From contig JAZGQO010000002.1 in assembly GCA_036850965.1 (NCBI GenBank), forward strand, positions 26,996,901 to 27,060,900: 64,000 nt of DNA, in the 5' to 3' direction. A program made the position numbers and the translations under genes. The first letter of the stretch is position 1, and each line of letters opens with the position of its first letter. Under the pieces are notes generated by a model. It searched no databases and had not been told where the DNA came from. It saw only the letters and a list, made by a program, of their open reading frames with translations. Origin of the DNA: Patella caerulea. Taxonomy: Eukaryota. Shown here one piece after another: positions 37,613 through 48,649 of this stretch.

Positions 37613-38728
37613 AATACAGTTATGCTCTCTTTGTGGAAAATCTTGTTAATGCACTAGGTGATAGTTATAACTGTATAATTCAAGCTTCTAAACAAAGGTC
37701 AGATACAAGGTAAGTGTTAGGGCATAATTGATCTTGGTCAAATTTGATTAGGATCCAAGTTGTCCCTATAAGCCAAGCAGTTGAGACTTAGCGGCTGTGT
37801 GGGCATGTGTACATGCTGTGAATGGCTATCTTTTATATTAATATTAACTGTAGTCAACATGTATTAATTAATTGACACCAAATTGTCAGATGGCTAACAT
37901 TTGAAAATATTTTTCATTCTTATAATAATTGGATTGTAAGGAATAAAACACTGGGGCATATGAGGGTTCAGGGGTGGGAACATTTTTCAATGTGAGGGTC
38001 TGGGTAATAGAGAAGCCAGGAAAAGTGAGTAAATTTTACTCATTTATTGTGTCACTAGGCAAATGTTCACATTAAATAGAGCATATAATTCTGTAAAAAA
38101 ACAAACCAAAACACATTCTTTTAAGGATTCGATTTTATTAGCAATTTTCAAGACTAGACAATCTGTGAATATGAAATCATATAAAACAGGTTATTGCCCT
38201 TAGATAAAAGAATTGAGTAATTCCCACTTGGATCTGTAGCACAAAAAACAGCACATTGAACTGCATTAAGACAAATGAAATAATGCTATGAAATCAGAAA
38301 CATGTATGTCCGATACTAAAGAAATGTGATACTATAAAAAAAGATGTATACCTGGCTTGTAATATAGGTATTTATGAAGATATTTACAATGTTAATGATA
38401 ATATGTGGTTCTCTATATAAAACAACTAATGCTATTCACTAGTTAAAATATAATGTACAAACTGTACAGCATAATTGGAACTGTGATTTTTAAAATCTTA
38501 CTTCCACATGTGCTATATGGACATACCATGGATAAAAAGTTTTAATAATGTTCCATTTATACATTTCAATTCATTTATATATTTCTAGAAATATTTAATT
38601 ATCCTTTTGGAGTTCTAATATACAGAAAACAGTCATAATTTTTCTCAGATCCCATCTAACTGTTCTTGCAATGTACATATATTTCAATACTTGCACACTA
38701 TAAACATTTTAATGATGTCGATTTTGGT

Positions 38729-38887
38729 CTATTCCATATTCTCATCCTCAGCACCCTCCTCATTATTATCTATATAAAAGTAAGTCTCTAATAATTCATT
38801 AGCTTGTTTACGTGTGACTTCATCTGTATGGTATTCCAAACCTTCTAATCTTGCTACACCTTCGCTACCTTCGAACAATGCCTTACC
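38729..38887 (-). CDS. Importin-alpha-like terminal exon (GKALFEGSEGVARLEGLEYHTDEVTRKQANELLETYFYIDNNEEGAEDENME*)
   Basis: It resembles the importin-alpha C-terminus ([29 protein letters not shown] followed by an acidic tail). Stop at 38729-38731 (cta on + strand). Phase is continuous with the 40421-40588 exon. Confidence 0.7.
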   Translation of the reverse strand, partial: GKALFEGSEGVARLEGLEYHTDEVTRKQANELLETYFYIDNNEEGAEDENME

Positions 38888-39219
38888 CTAAAATATAAGT
38901 CAATATCATACACTGCAAATAATTGACAAATCTTTATTTTACACAAACTCATCTACAATTATATGTAAGGTCATACTCGCATGGGATGGTTAATTGTTAG
39001 TGACAAACATTCTAAACTGGTCAAATTGTCATGTCACAGTCCTGTGAACTGAGGTGGTGTAAGTAGCATTTTGAAGTTATCAAACCGAGTGAATATGATA
39101 CATGCTATTCCCACTTAGCAGTAATAAATATTTGTAACAACCACTAAATGATGAATTTTAAGATACAATTTATGTTTGAACTGTAAATGTTTGTTCCACT
39201 AAAGTAAATATCATTTTTT

Positions 39220-40140
39220 GTCCCCCGCCTTTCGAAGAAAGTTGGGGGACTATTAAAATGGGTTCGTCCGTCTGTCTGTCTGTCTGTCCGTCTGTCTGTC
39301 CGTCACACTTTTTGGGACACAATAACTCTCTTCCTAATTGAGCTAGAATGTTCAAACTTGGTGTATGTGTTTATTAGGTCAATGCCTTGATGGAGTTCGA
39401 AGATGAGCATTTTCCGCTTAGGGTAAGCAGAGATAAGCAATTTGATTGGTTGATGTTTTGGGACACGATAACTTTAGTTCTAATTAAGTGAGATTGATGA
39501 AACTTTGTGTATAGTTTCATTATAGTAATACCTTGACTAAGTTCGATAATGAGCATTTTCTGCTCAGGGTAAGCAGAGCTATACGCAATTTGATTGGTCG
39601 AGAATTTGGAACACAATAACTCTCCTTCTAATTGAGTTAAAATGTTCAAACTTGGTGTATATGCTTATTAGGTCAATGCCTTGATGGAGTTCGAAGATGA
39701 GCATTTTCCGCTTAGGGTAGGCAGAGATAAGCAATTTGATTGGTTGATGCTTTGGGACACGATAACTTTAGTTCTAATTGAGTGAGAGTGATGAAACTTG
39801 GTGTATAGTTTCATTACAGTAATACCTTGACTATGATCGATAATGAGCATTTTCTGCTCAGGGTAAGCAGAGCGATAAGCAATTTGATTTGCCGAGACTT
39901 TGGAACACAATAACTCTCCTTCGAATTGAGTTAAAATGTTCAAAATTGGTGTGTATGCTTATTAGGTCAATGCCTTGATGGAGTTCGAAGATGAGCATTT
40001 CTTCTTACGGTAGGCAGAGATAAGCAATTTTTGGATGACACTTCGTGTTCAGTTTGATTGGTCGATACGTTTGAAAAAAATAAATGTGCGATTAATTAAT
40101 ATGTGTCATCTATTTATTTTGGGATTTCGGCGGGGGACAT
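39220..40140. mobile_element. TIR-bounded non-autonomous element with (GTCT)n microsatellite and three internal tandem units of roughly 290 bp
   Basis: Terminal inverted repeats ttgtcccccgcctttcgaag... and ...cggcgggggacat. The units at about 39360, 39650 and 39940 are near-identical, which explains the parallel minus-strand ORFs 39374-39649 and 39668-39943. A partial relative lies at 12340-12610. Confidence 0.6.
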
Positions 40141-40420
40141 CAGCCTCACTGTTGGCTTGTTTTATTTTTTTTTAATACATTACATTAAAACTCTAATCTT
40201 CACATGTTATAGTGTAATATCAAATATTTAAATGTAGAAACAAGCCAATGTTCCACCCCAGGGAATGTTCAGTGATCTGTTAAATTATTTTAAAATTTGT
40301 ATGATTTGATTGCCTCATTCGTTCTTGTGGATCCATTCACTATTCCCAGTACTTCATAACCAGGGGCATGGAAGACGAGATAAATTATATATGAATTAGA
40401 CAGTCAAATTGTAAGATTAC

Positions 40421-40588
40421 CTCATCTGTAAGTCGAAGCATCATTTCAATAAAACTAAGTACAAGATGTAATAATTCTACGTCATGTGTTTTTAACATGG
40501 CTGCTACAGTTTCTACAACACCTTTAGATATGAGAACAGAACAAGCTTCTTCACCATGGCAACCCAGGTTACACAGTAAATATAAAGC
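40421..40588 (-). CDS. Importin-alpha-like exon (ALYLLCNLGCHGEEACSVLISKGVVETVAAMLKTHDVELLHLVLSFIEMMLRLTDE)
   Basis: Armadillo repeat similar to importin-alpha [52 protein letters not shown]. ttttcag acceptor and gtaatc donor. Confidence 0.7.
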
Positions 40589-41164
40589 CTGAAAATAAAT
40601 TCTATTTATTATTCTTGAATAGCTAAGAAAGCACAAATAGTTAACATGATTAAACTGATTTTATAATTCCAATGGTTTCACTACTTGTAGTTTAACATAT
40701 TTTCCATCAGTAACAGTTATGTGACTATCTGATCTGTTCGGGGTATAAAATATTTCTGATATCAATGGAGTACAACATAGAGGTAAACTAAATGTTAATG
40801 ACATTTCAAAATCATTTTTGATTACCAGAATCCATATAGAAAAATCTCTTCTCAATAGTGTAATATAGATTTTAAGTAGAAATAAGAAATGATTTATCTT
40901 TAACGTTGCAGGTGATACGACCTTTTCTATATATAAAGGCTGCACATGAATATTTAATTTTATCATTGTATCATCTAAAATGTTGTTATGAATAATAAAC
41001 TACCTCTTTTTTCTATCTAAAATCTGTCTGTACTACTGTTGAATTGGGATATATCTATATATGTCTCTGCCGGAAATCAATGTTTGATCCAACAGCTATA
41101 CAAAAATGATATTGTGGCCAGATATTACTGACTTTTATGTATTTATTAAATAGATTGTACTTGC

Positions 41165-41256
41165 CTCTATTTTTATATCATACGCAGCCTTTAATTTAGC
41201 TAGAATAGGTTCTAATAATGGACCATTTGTTACTTTCTCACACACAGTATTCTCAC
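41165..41256 (-). CDS. Importin-alpha-like exon (ENTVCEKVTNGPLLEPILAKLKAAYDIKIE) with a GC-AG intron (gcaagt donor)
   Basis: Found by phase continuity between the neighbouring exons. It resembles importin-alpha ...[28 protein letters not shown]. ttttag acceptor. The only donor available is gcaagt. Confidence 0.55.
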
Positions 41257-41374
41257 CTAAAATTATTCAGAAATAAACTTTAACAACACAATCAAATATA
41301 TTTCTTAATTCAGTTTACTAATATGTAAATACCTGAATTTGTGATCTCAAAAAAATTAAAAAAATGTAACTTAC

Positions 41375-41543
41375 CAGTCATGTTTGAAAGAACCCACAGT
41401 GTTTCTTTAGGTATATGATGATGCTCGGAATTTAAACATGTAACAAGAGCAGGAATTAATTTGGTATTTTCAAAAGCCTGTATACTATATTCATCAGGTC
41501 CACTACAGATATTACCAAGACATCGTAATACTGGTGTCAATAC
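41375..41543 (-). CDS. Importin-alpha-like exon (VLTPVLRCLGNICSGPDEYSIQAFENTKLIPALVTCLNSEHHHIPKETLWVLSNMTG)
   Basis: Matches the importin-alpha ARM repeat [57 protein letters not shown]. tatag acceptor and gtaagt donor. Confidence 0.75.
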
Positions 41544-42049
41544 CTATACAATACATACAAATATTATAATCACTACATTCTCCATTAATAAATTAACACA
41601 ACTTATAATATGATTCACAACATGTACTTGTTTTCAAATGAAATAAAATTGGGTTAATATGCCATGCAGTGTGTTATTGTTCTGGGAGACATTTTGCCCA
41701 GACAGCAGCACGTAACGGTTGATCCTCATTTCATATTTCAGCTGTCAAGGGTTCTTTGACGAGCAAAACCATGTGTACACGAACCTTGGTTTTTTGTCCC
41801 ATTCGAATGAATAGACGTCATTTTCTTGTTAGGCCTTGATTCCTGCACTGATTGGCGAAATCAGGCCCAAATATCCCCAAGAACTTTCTTGGCCAACATG
41901 ATGAGTGAACCCAAGACATCCAGGTTAGCTAGCTAGAATCATACACACTGAGCCACATTATATCATGATACCACACTATCGCTTGTAAAAAAACAACTCG
42001 TACTAATCCACACTACATCATAAGCCTTGTGGGTGATTAATCTACTTAC

Positions 42050-42140
42050 ATCTACATCTTGCTGATCAGCTTGTTCTACTAGTATTTTTACCATATGTTT
42101 CAAAACACCATTGGATACTAATTTATTTGTAAACTCACCA
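42050..42140 (-). CDS. Importin-alpha-like exon (SGEFTNKLVSNGVLKHMVKILVEQADQQDVD)
   Basis: Open frame between an atttcag acceptor and a gtaagt donor. Phase is consistent with the flanking exons. It resembles ...[26 protein letters not shown]. Confidence 0.55.
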
Positions 42141-42297
42141 CTGAAATAATAATAACAATATTTTATAATTCACTAAACGATAATTCTTTCATCAATATAT
42201 ATATTTCTAATCAATTTCACAAAAAAATATGTAATAAAAGGTAATCAGTAACCAATCTGGGAATTACCACAACATATTGATTGATAATTATACAAAC

Positions 42298-42411
42298 CTA
42301 GAAGTAAGATAGGTTAAGACCCATGCTATTTCTGATAATAATTTGGGTGAAACACCAGGGTCTTGTAATCTGGACACCAAATGGGGGATAACTCCAGCAT
42401 TTACTATTTCA
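42298..42411 (-). CDS. Importin-alpha-like exon (EIVNAGVIPHLVSRLQDPGVSPKLLSEIAWVLTYLTS)
   Basis: ARM repeat resembling ..[30 protein letters not shown]. attttcag acceptor and ag|gtttgt donor. Confidence 0.65.
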
Positions 42412-42500
42412 CTGAAAATATAAAGCATACAGGTAATGTTTATCTAAATTTTTTTCAAATATAATCATTAGAATAATGAAATAATCCAATTACTTACATC

Positions 42501-44020
42501 TATACTATTCAAAAAAAGTAGGGGATATTTGATTTTTAAGTGTTATTAAAGTCACCTAATGAAACTGACGAAGAAACAAATGACAAAATGAAATGAAGTT
42601 CACATTCATCGATTTATTCCAAATGATCATTAGACTAAGTAAGGCACAGACTGACCATTATAAGGGTAAAATGATACCCGGGGTCAAACAGCAAAGTTAC
42701 CACAGCATCACAACAAAGTCAGTAACGGGTAAATCCTCCTCTGTTTGCCAAACAAGCATTGATCCGACGTGGCATACTCCTAATGAGGTGTCTAAGGTCA
42801 TTTTGGTCCAGATTGTCCCATTCCTGTTGCAACGCAGCAGCAAGTTCTTGGACATTGGCAGGACGTTGTTGACATTGACGTAGCCTCTGTCCAAGCATGA
42901 CCCAGACATGCTCGATGGGGGAGAGGTCGGCACTCAGTGCTGGCCAAGGTAATGTGGTGATGTTCTGTTGTTGGAGGTAACCTGTAACGATCCTGGCCCT
43001 GTGACATCTTGCGTTGTCATCCTGGAAGATGAAACGGCGGCCATGACGTTGTGCGAACGGCACAACATGGACTGCCAAGATGTTGTCCGGGTAGTACTGG
43101 CCTCTAACACGCCCTGCAACAACATGTAAAACAGTGATGCCTCCCCACACCATAACAGAACCACCTCCAAATCGATCATGTCTGATGACGTTAACGTCTT
43201 GGAAGCGCTTGTTTCGACGACGCCACACCCACCTACGTCTGTCCAAAAAATCAACAGTGAACCATGACTCATCTGAAAACATCACATTGCTCCAGCGTCG
43301 ATTATCCCAGTGTTGACGATCCCTACACCAACGACGTCTTGCCTGAATGTGATAATCTCTCAAACAAGGGATCACGCGAGGACGTCAGGCACGAAGGTGA
43401 CCCCTATGCAGTCGATTCCGAATCGTCTGGCCACTCACTCTCACACCAGTGTCTGTTTGAAGACGAGCGCTGATCTGATTTGCTGTGATTACACGATTTC
43501 TCAAGGCGAAGGTACGGATAAATCGATCCTGGGCTTGAGTTGTCGCCCTTGGTCGACCTGAGCGTGGTCTGTTCTGTACAGATTGTGTATCACGGTATCT
43601 GGACCATAGCCTGCTTATGACAGACTGAGAAACATTTATCGTCCGCGCCACAACCGCCTGTGTTGTGCCGATCTGTAGCATGCCAAGGGCACGTAACCTT
43701 TCATTTTGGGTAAGCCGAAGCATATGAAAATTTGTTTTCTGGTCACTAAAACAATTAAACTGATGTTTCCACCCCGGAATTCAATGCCACAATGACTGTA
43801 ACATTCAAAGTCAGAGTCGTGCAAATCTTGGGTTGGTCCCCCATGATGATCCCAAGCATCACGTACATTCCATGCGGTAGCTATTGGTGCGTTTGGGCGT
43901 CACATGTAACTGGAAATGTTTCTTCTGTTAGGTTCTATAGTGACTTTTTTCGTAGTCATTTGCATATTTTAGTATTATGCCCCCAAAATCAAATATCCCC
44001 TACTTTTTTTGAATAGTATA
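42501..44020 (-). mobile_element. Tc1/mariner-family DNA transposon, copy 1, with roughly 35-bp TIRs and TA duplication; occupies almost the whole KPNA-like intron 42412-44049
   Basis: TIRs tatactattcaaaaaaagtaggggatatttgatttt at 42501 and its reverse complement ending 44020. Internal Tc1 transposase pieces: HTH/paired-like ORF 43385-43723 and DDE ORF 42719-43375 (DD..E with the QQDNARCH, LPWPA and SPDLSPIEHVW motifs). The two are separated by a frameshift. Confidence 0.9.
42719..43723 (-). pseudogene. Frameshifted Tc1-type transposase (copy 1)
   Basis: The N-terminal DNA-binding part (MLRLTQNERLRALGMLQIGTTQAVVARTINVSQSVISRLWSRYRDTQSVQNRPRSGRPRATT...) and the DDE catalytic part (..FSDESWF.., ..FQDDNARCHRARIVTGYLQQQNITTLPWPALSADLSPIEHVW..) sit in different frames. 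Confidence 0.85.
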
Positions 44021-44049
44021 CTATATAATCATGGAAGAAAATTACATAC

Positions 44050-44126
44050 CTAGCAATGTCATTACATTCTCTGGCAAGATTAGATAAAGCAAAAGCTGCT
44101 GATTGTACAACATTAGGTGTATCAGT
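44050..44126 (-). CDS. Importin-alpha-like exon (TDTPNVVQSAAFALSNLARECNDIA)
   Basis: Resembles importin-alpha ...LRNLTWTLSNLCRNKNP. atttcag acceptor and ag|gtatgt donor, which lies only 30 bp from the Tc1 right TIR. Confidence 0.6.
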
Positions 44127-44600
44127 CTGAAATATACATTTCAATACATTTATATTTGGATAAGATATATATCTACAATAAACATATGTTCACATTGTTA
44201 CAATTCAATGCAGCAGTAAATAGGGAACCACCTGGAGGATCTGTGTTCGATACCTTTGTTATCCAATATAGTTTATCAGGATTTCCTGGTGTGGTTTCCT
44301 CCTGTCAGTGGTGCAGGACCGAGTAATGTAATGACATCTGGTACTGATGTAATTGAATGTCTCAATCATGGAAACTCATTTAATAATCAAAGTGACTGTG
44401 AAGTGATTTTCATTTCAATATTTGTTTAAAATCCATTATGTAAGATTTAGATAAAGAGCTGTCAGTACTTATATAATAAACAATTCCAAATTTCATTACA
44501 ATTGCTTTATTTTGAGAGAGGTATCAATGTTTGAAGTTTTGACATAGATTGTTTATTATCGTATCAACATTACGTCTGCACCATTCAATAGTCTAGAGAG

Positions 44601-44883
44601 AGAGAGAAATTGGGTTTAACGTCCACTCAACACAAAATAGGTCATTTCGGGACTAACATATGGTTTAATTTTATTTCAATAATTCGCTGGCGCGTATGGT
44701 TCTTTAGCAGTGGGAGGAAACCGAAGTGCCCGGAGGAAACCCACGAGGTTGAGAAGGCGCCCCTATCTCCATGCCATATACGCTCACACCAGGGCTCGAA
44801 ACCACAGCCGCAAGCCAGAGGTGACCGGCCAGCTAGAGGTCGAAGCGCGGCACTCTAGACCTCTAGGCCATCCCCCCCCCCCC
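44601..44883 (-). mobile_element. SINE family 1 copy with perfect 15-bp target-site duplication CAATAGTCTAGAGAG
   Basis: TSD at 44586-44600 and 44884-44898. The body is the reverse complement of head, core and tail, ending in a (C)13 run and a (GA)n tail. Confidence 0.8.
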
Positions 44884-45007
44884 CAATAGTCTAGAGAGTT
44901 TTTCATGTGAATAAATGTTGAGATAATTTATATAACATTCGAAGCCAAAATAAAACCCGGCAATAGGTAGATTTACATCTTACATAATGCATCTTTAATA
45001 AACATGT

Positions 45008-46150
45008 ACCATATTTTTCGGTGTATAAGGCGCATGCGTAGATAAGGCGCAGGGCGACTTTGGCAGAGGTGTTTCAGGGATAAGGCGCACCCTTTCCCAG
45101 CGCCTCGTGAAACTCTTGCAATACTACACGTGACTCAAATCCACTTGCGATCTCAAGTAACTGTACCAAACTCTATTGATTACAGTAATAATAATTACCG
45201 ATATTTAGCCGCATCAAGTCGGTAACTTAACGGTTATATGTTTAAATTATAACAAGGAGAAGTTGAGGGTAATAAGTTACGTTGAAGCCCACGGTAATGG
45301 GGCCGTGGGTCGTGAATTTAGTTTGGGGTATATGAACGTGAGACATTGGAGAGCTATGAAGTGGAAACTTACTGACATGAAACAAAGTAAAGAAGTGAAT
45401 AGATGAAGCGCCGCACATTATCCACAAACTGAGAGAGAATTGGTTGACTATGTAAATGACAGGCATCATTAAAATTTATTTTACTCGATGACTTAAATTT
45501 ATTCTGTTCTTTGATATTCTGCCAGTTTAAATGTAATCCCGACACCATTAACGCTGTCATTGTAATAGACAATAGCGTATGCTATACTGAGTGAGTGCTC
45601 AATTGATGTTATCTTTCTAAAATTAAAAGTCTTGTCTGTTGTAAGCCCCGCCTTTTCGCCAACTTTACTGACAACGCTGTTTGAATTGCATTAAACGGAT
45701 TAGCAGATATATATGTCATCAAATACATAGGAATGATAGTAATATTAACGATAATTTTCAGATATTGTTAGCACTGTGGTTTATGACTAACGGTATACGG
45801 AATAGCGGTATCTGAAAAAGCCGTTGTCTTTGTCGAAATAGCTGAAATATACGTCATCAAATATGTAGGAATAGCAGAAATATTTACGATAATTTTGCAG
45901 ATATTTTAATATCGCTAACACTAAACTGCTATCGGCCCATATGGTTGGCACTGTCGTGTATTATGACTGACGGTATACCGAATAGGGGTATGTAAAATGG
46001 CCGAAAAATGTTGACATCATCAACTTCAGATCACGATGTTGACACAGGGAAAAGCCAAGATTTGTTCAATACTACGTATTAGGCGCACCCTCTCTGTAAA
46101 TAAAAATATCTGGTAAAAAAAATGCGCCTTATACACCGAAAAATATGGTA
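45008..46150. mobile_element. Non-autonomous TIR element of about 1.14 kb with perfect 29-bp TIRs
   Basis: taccatatttttcggtgtataaggcgcat at 45008 and its exact reverse complement atgcgccttatacaccgaaaaatatggta ending 46150. A TA duplication is possible. There are roughly 130-bp direct repeats inside, at 45700-45830 and 45830-45980. Confidence 0.75.
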
Positions 46151-46194
46151 GCAGTAACAGGTATATAGAATAATAATATTCCTTAACACATTAC

Positions 46195-46299
46195 CTCTAA
46201 TAATTTGACTAAAGGTGTAACACATCCCTGTGAACTTAGTAGTTTACGACATTCAGAACTGTCACCAGCTAAATTACCTATAGCCCATGCACACTGGTC
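46195..46299 (-). CDS. Importin-alpha-like exon (DQCAWAIGNLAGDSSECRKLLSSQGCVTPLVKLLE)
   Basis: Strong match to importin-alpha [34 protein letters not shown]. ttatag acceptor and gtaatg donor. Confidence 0.8.
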
Positions 46300-46492
46300 C
46301 TATAATAAAAAAAATTCAAATATTTTGAATTTAGTGTCTTAACTAAAAATTTTGTTTCTTTGAGAATAAGTAGATCATCCACTCCAATCCCATATTTTCA
46401 TTCTATTAACTAGAAAGATAAAGTAATTCTCTAGAAAAAATTATGTTAATGTTATCAATAAAATAAGATGAAAAATCCTTTGTCAAATCGAA

Positions 46493-46760
46493 AGGTTGAA
46501 TGGTCTAGTGATTTAACTTCTGCTGGTGAAACCAGAAGGTCTGTCATTGAGTCACCCAACATGTTTCGACTTCCTGCTTGAAGGTGACAAAGGAGTAGGG
46601 TCGCCTGTCCAACCTCATGGGTTTTGTCCCATTTCCTCCCACTGCTAAAGATCCATATACGCAAGTTAATTATTGAAAAAAAAAATTGAACCATATGTTA
46701 GTCTCAAAATGATCGAGATTGTGTCAAGTGGGAGTTAAACCCTATTTCTCTCTCTCTTTA
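46493..46760 (+). mobile_element. SINE family 1 copy (diverged)
   Basis: Head ggttgaatggtctagtgatttaac..., core ggtcgcctgtccaacctcatgggttttgtcccatttcctcccactgctaaagatcc and tail gagttaaaccctatttctctctc. Confidence 0.65.
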
Positions 46761-47193
46761 TTTGTCAAATCAAACAATAGCTACATGTAGTTAGCCACTC
46801 CAATTTGACTTTTTGTTCTTTAGGGACATATGTAAAAACATTTCCTTCCTTATTTTTTCCAAATTATTTTAGTTATGAAATTTTAAACAAAACATCTTTC
46901 ACAAGATTTAAGTAGCTATTTATTTATCAAGACACCTTATTTGAATATGAAGTTTACGAGAAGGATTAAATTTCACTATAATTTAGAAATATTTATGCTC
47001 CAGTCCTTGCAATATTCCAGAAAAAATGTGTTACGTTCTTGACAAATATTATGATCGTTGTCAACTAATTTCAAAGTTAAAGTATTTAGTTTACTTTTAT
47101 TTAAGATAAGGCATGGTATGTTTTTATAAATCAATAACAGTATTGCGACTTTAAATTGTTTGACTAATAAAGAAAACAATGGCTGTTATATAC

Positions 47194-47377
47194 CTTGAGA
47201 TCTAGACTACTACTACTGAGATATGTAATAAGATATGGTGCAGCTGCCTTAACTACAGCTAATGCCTGGTCATCTGTACCAGCAGCTATATTAGTTACAC
47301 ACCATGCTGCCTCTAACTGTAAATCGGTATCATTACCAGTTAATATTCCAACCAAACATGTTAGTGCATTCTCTTGC
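47194..47377 (-). CDS. Importin-alpha-like exon (QENALTCLVGILTGNDTDLQLEAAWCVTNIAAGTDDQALAVVKAAAPYLITYLSSSSLDLK)
   Basis: Strong match to importin-alpha ...[40 protein letters not shown]. tttttcag acceptor and gtatat donor. Confidence 0.8.
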
Positions 47378-47801
47378 CTGAAAAAAAAACCAAAACAATA
47401 TTTACACTTAATGACAAAGATGGTGACAAATCTTCAAAGCATCATATCTCTGTAAACAATGAATAGAATTAAACCATTGTTGGACAGGTATTGGCAGGTA
47501 TTCTAATTAACTTTCACAATATTGTAGTTTCCGTATTTCAAAACATGGGTATGGATATGAGGAGATGTAGCTTCACTATCTGGGGAAAATTATGCCTGTC
47601 TTCAACTTCATTAGCCAATTTCGTCAGAGAAATAGGATGCCAATAAACTCCATTTCTAAACAATAATTACAGTCTCTTGTAAAAAAAAAAATCCTTAATT
47701 ATATATACATTTAACTACCTTAATAATAGTTCAGTAAAATATATGTTATAATAATACATGTAAGTATGATAATAATAATCATAATAGTTAGAACTTCCTA
47801 C

Positions 47802-47914
47802 CCAAAGAATGTATCAATGTAAGTAGTGCCTTGAGCAAATGCCCTCCTCAATGTTTGAAGAGCTTCAAGTTTTTCTGGTTCTTTATTGAGTAGAACATTA
47901 GTTGCATCAATAAC
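47802..47914 (-). CDS. Importin-alpha-like exon (VIDATNVLLNKEPEKLEALQTLRRAFAQGTTYIDTFFG)
   Basis: Resembles importin-alpha IVKGINS.N.E.QLQATQAARKLLS. ttacag acceptor and gg|gtagga donor. Phase matches the next exon. Confidence 0.6.
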
Positions 47915-48305
47915 CTGTAAATATAAAATAAACATATTTCTTTCAGATATATGGCACATAATTTATATGAATACTGACTAATTTTAAACATTTTGAATAG
48001 GGAAAGTCATAAATATTTATTTAGTACATGTATCTCAATTTAAAAATATTTTGTACACCAGTATTCATATTCTTCTAGTCAAAATGTTTAATTTAAAAAA
48101 AACCCTTTAACTCTTCTGCTATTAATAGTACTATTCAAGCAAATTAAAATTTATTCATTTGAGGATTGTTGAAAATCACACCATTTTGGAAGTATATGTG
48201 TATGTATATATGTATATAAATAATGTTACAAGAAGTATAAACAAATTGGAGGGTGGACTTGCAAAACAAATGTATCATAAATGTTGGCTTTGTCACTTTT
48301 ATTTA

Positions 48306-48605
48306 TTTTAGAGGGGGTTGGGTGGGATGGCCTAGTGGTTGAGAGTGCCGCGCTTCGACCTCTAGCTGGCCGGTCACCTCTGGCTTGCGGCTGTGGTTTC
48401 AAGCCCTGGTGTGGTGAGCGTATGTGCCATGGAGAAAGGGGCGCCTTCTAAACCTCATGGGTTTCCTCCGGGCACTCTGGTTTCCTCCCACTGCTAAAGA
48501 CCCCTACGCGCAAGCGAATTATTGAAATAAAATTAAACCATATGTTAGTCCCAAAATGACCTAGTTTGTGTTGAGTGGACGTTAAACCCCATTTCTCTTT
48601 TTTTT
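48306..48605 (+). mobile_element. Full-length tRNA-derived SINE (family 1 reference copy)
   Basis: tRNA-like head ggatggcctagtggttgagagtgccgcgcttcgacctctagctggccggtcacctctggcttgcggctgtggtttcaagccctggtgtgg, core ...gggtttcctccgggcactctggtttcctcccactgctaaagacccctacgcgcaagcgaattattgaaataaaattaaaccatatgttagtcccaaaatgacctagtttgtgttgagtggacgttaaaccccatttctc and a T-rich tail. Confidence 0.75.
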
Positions 48606-48649
48606 ATGTATTTTAGACACAAATTGTTTAATAACATATGTTAAATTAC

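Noticed and set aside
42934-43561. Several ORFs inside and antisense to the Tc1 elements (43264-43473, 43310-43561, 42934-43272, 50214-50511, 49869-50222 and others)
   Set aside because: These are alternative-frame and opposite-strand ORFs of the transposase region. They are present in both Tc1 copies and have no homology signal. They are artefacts.
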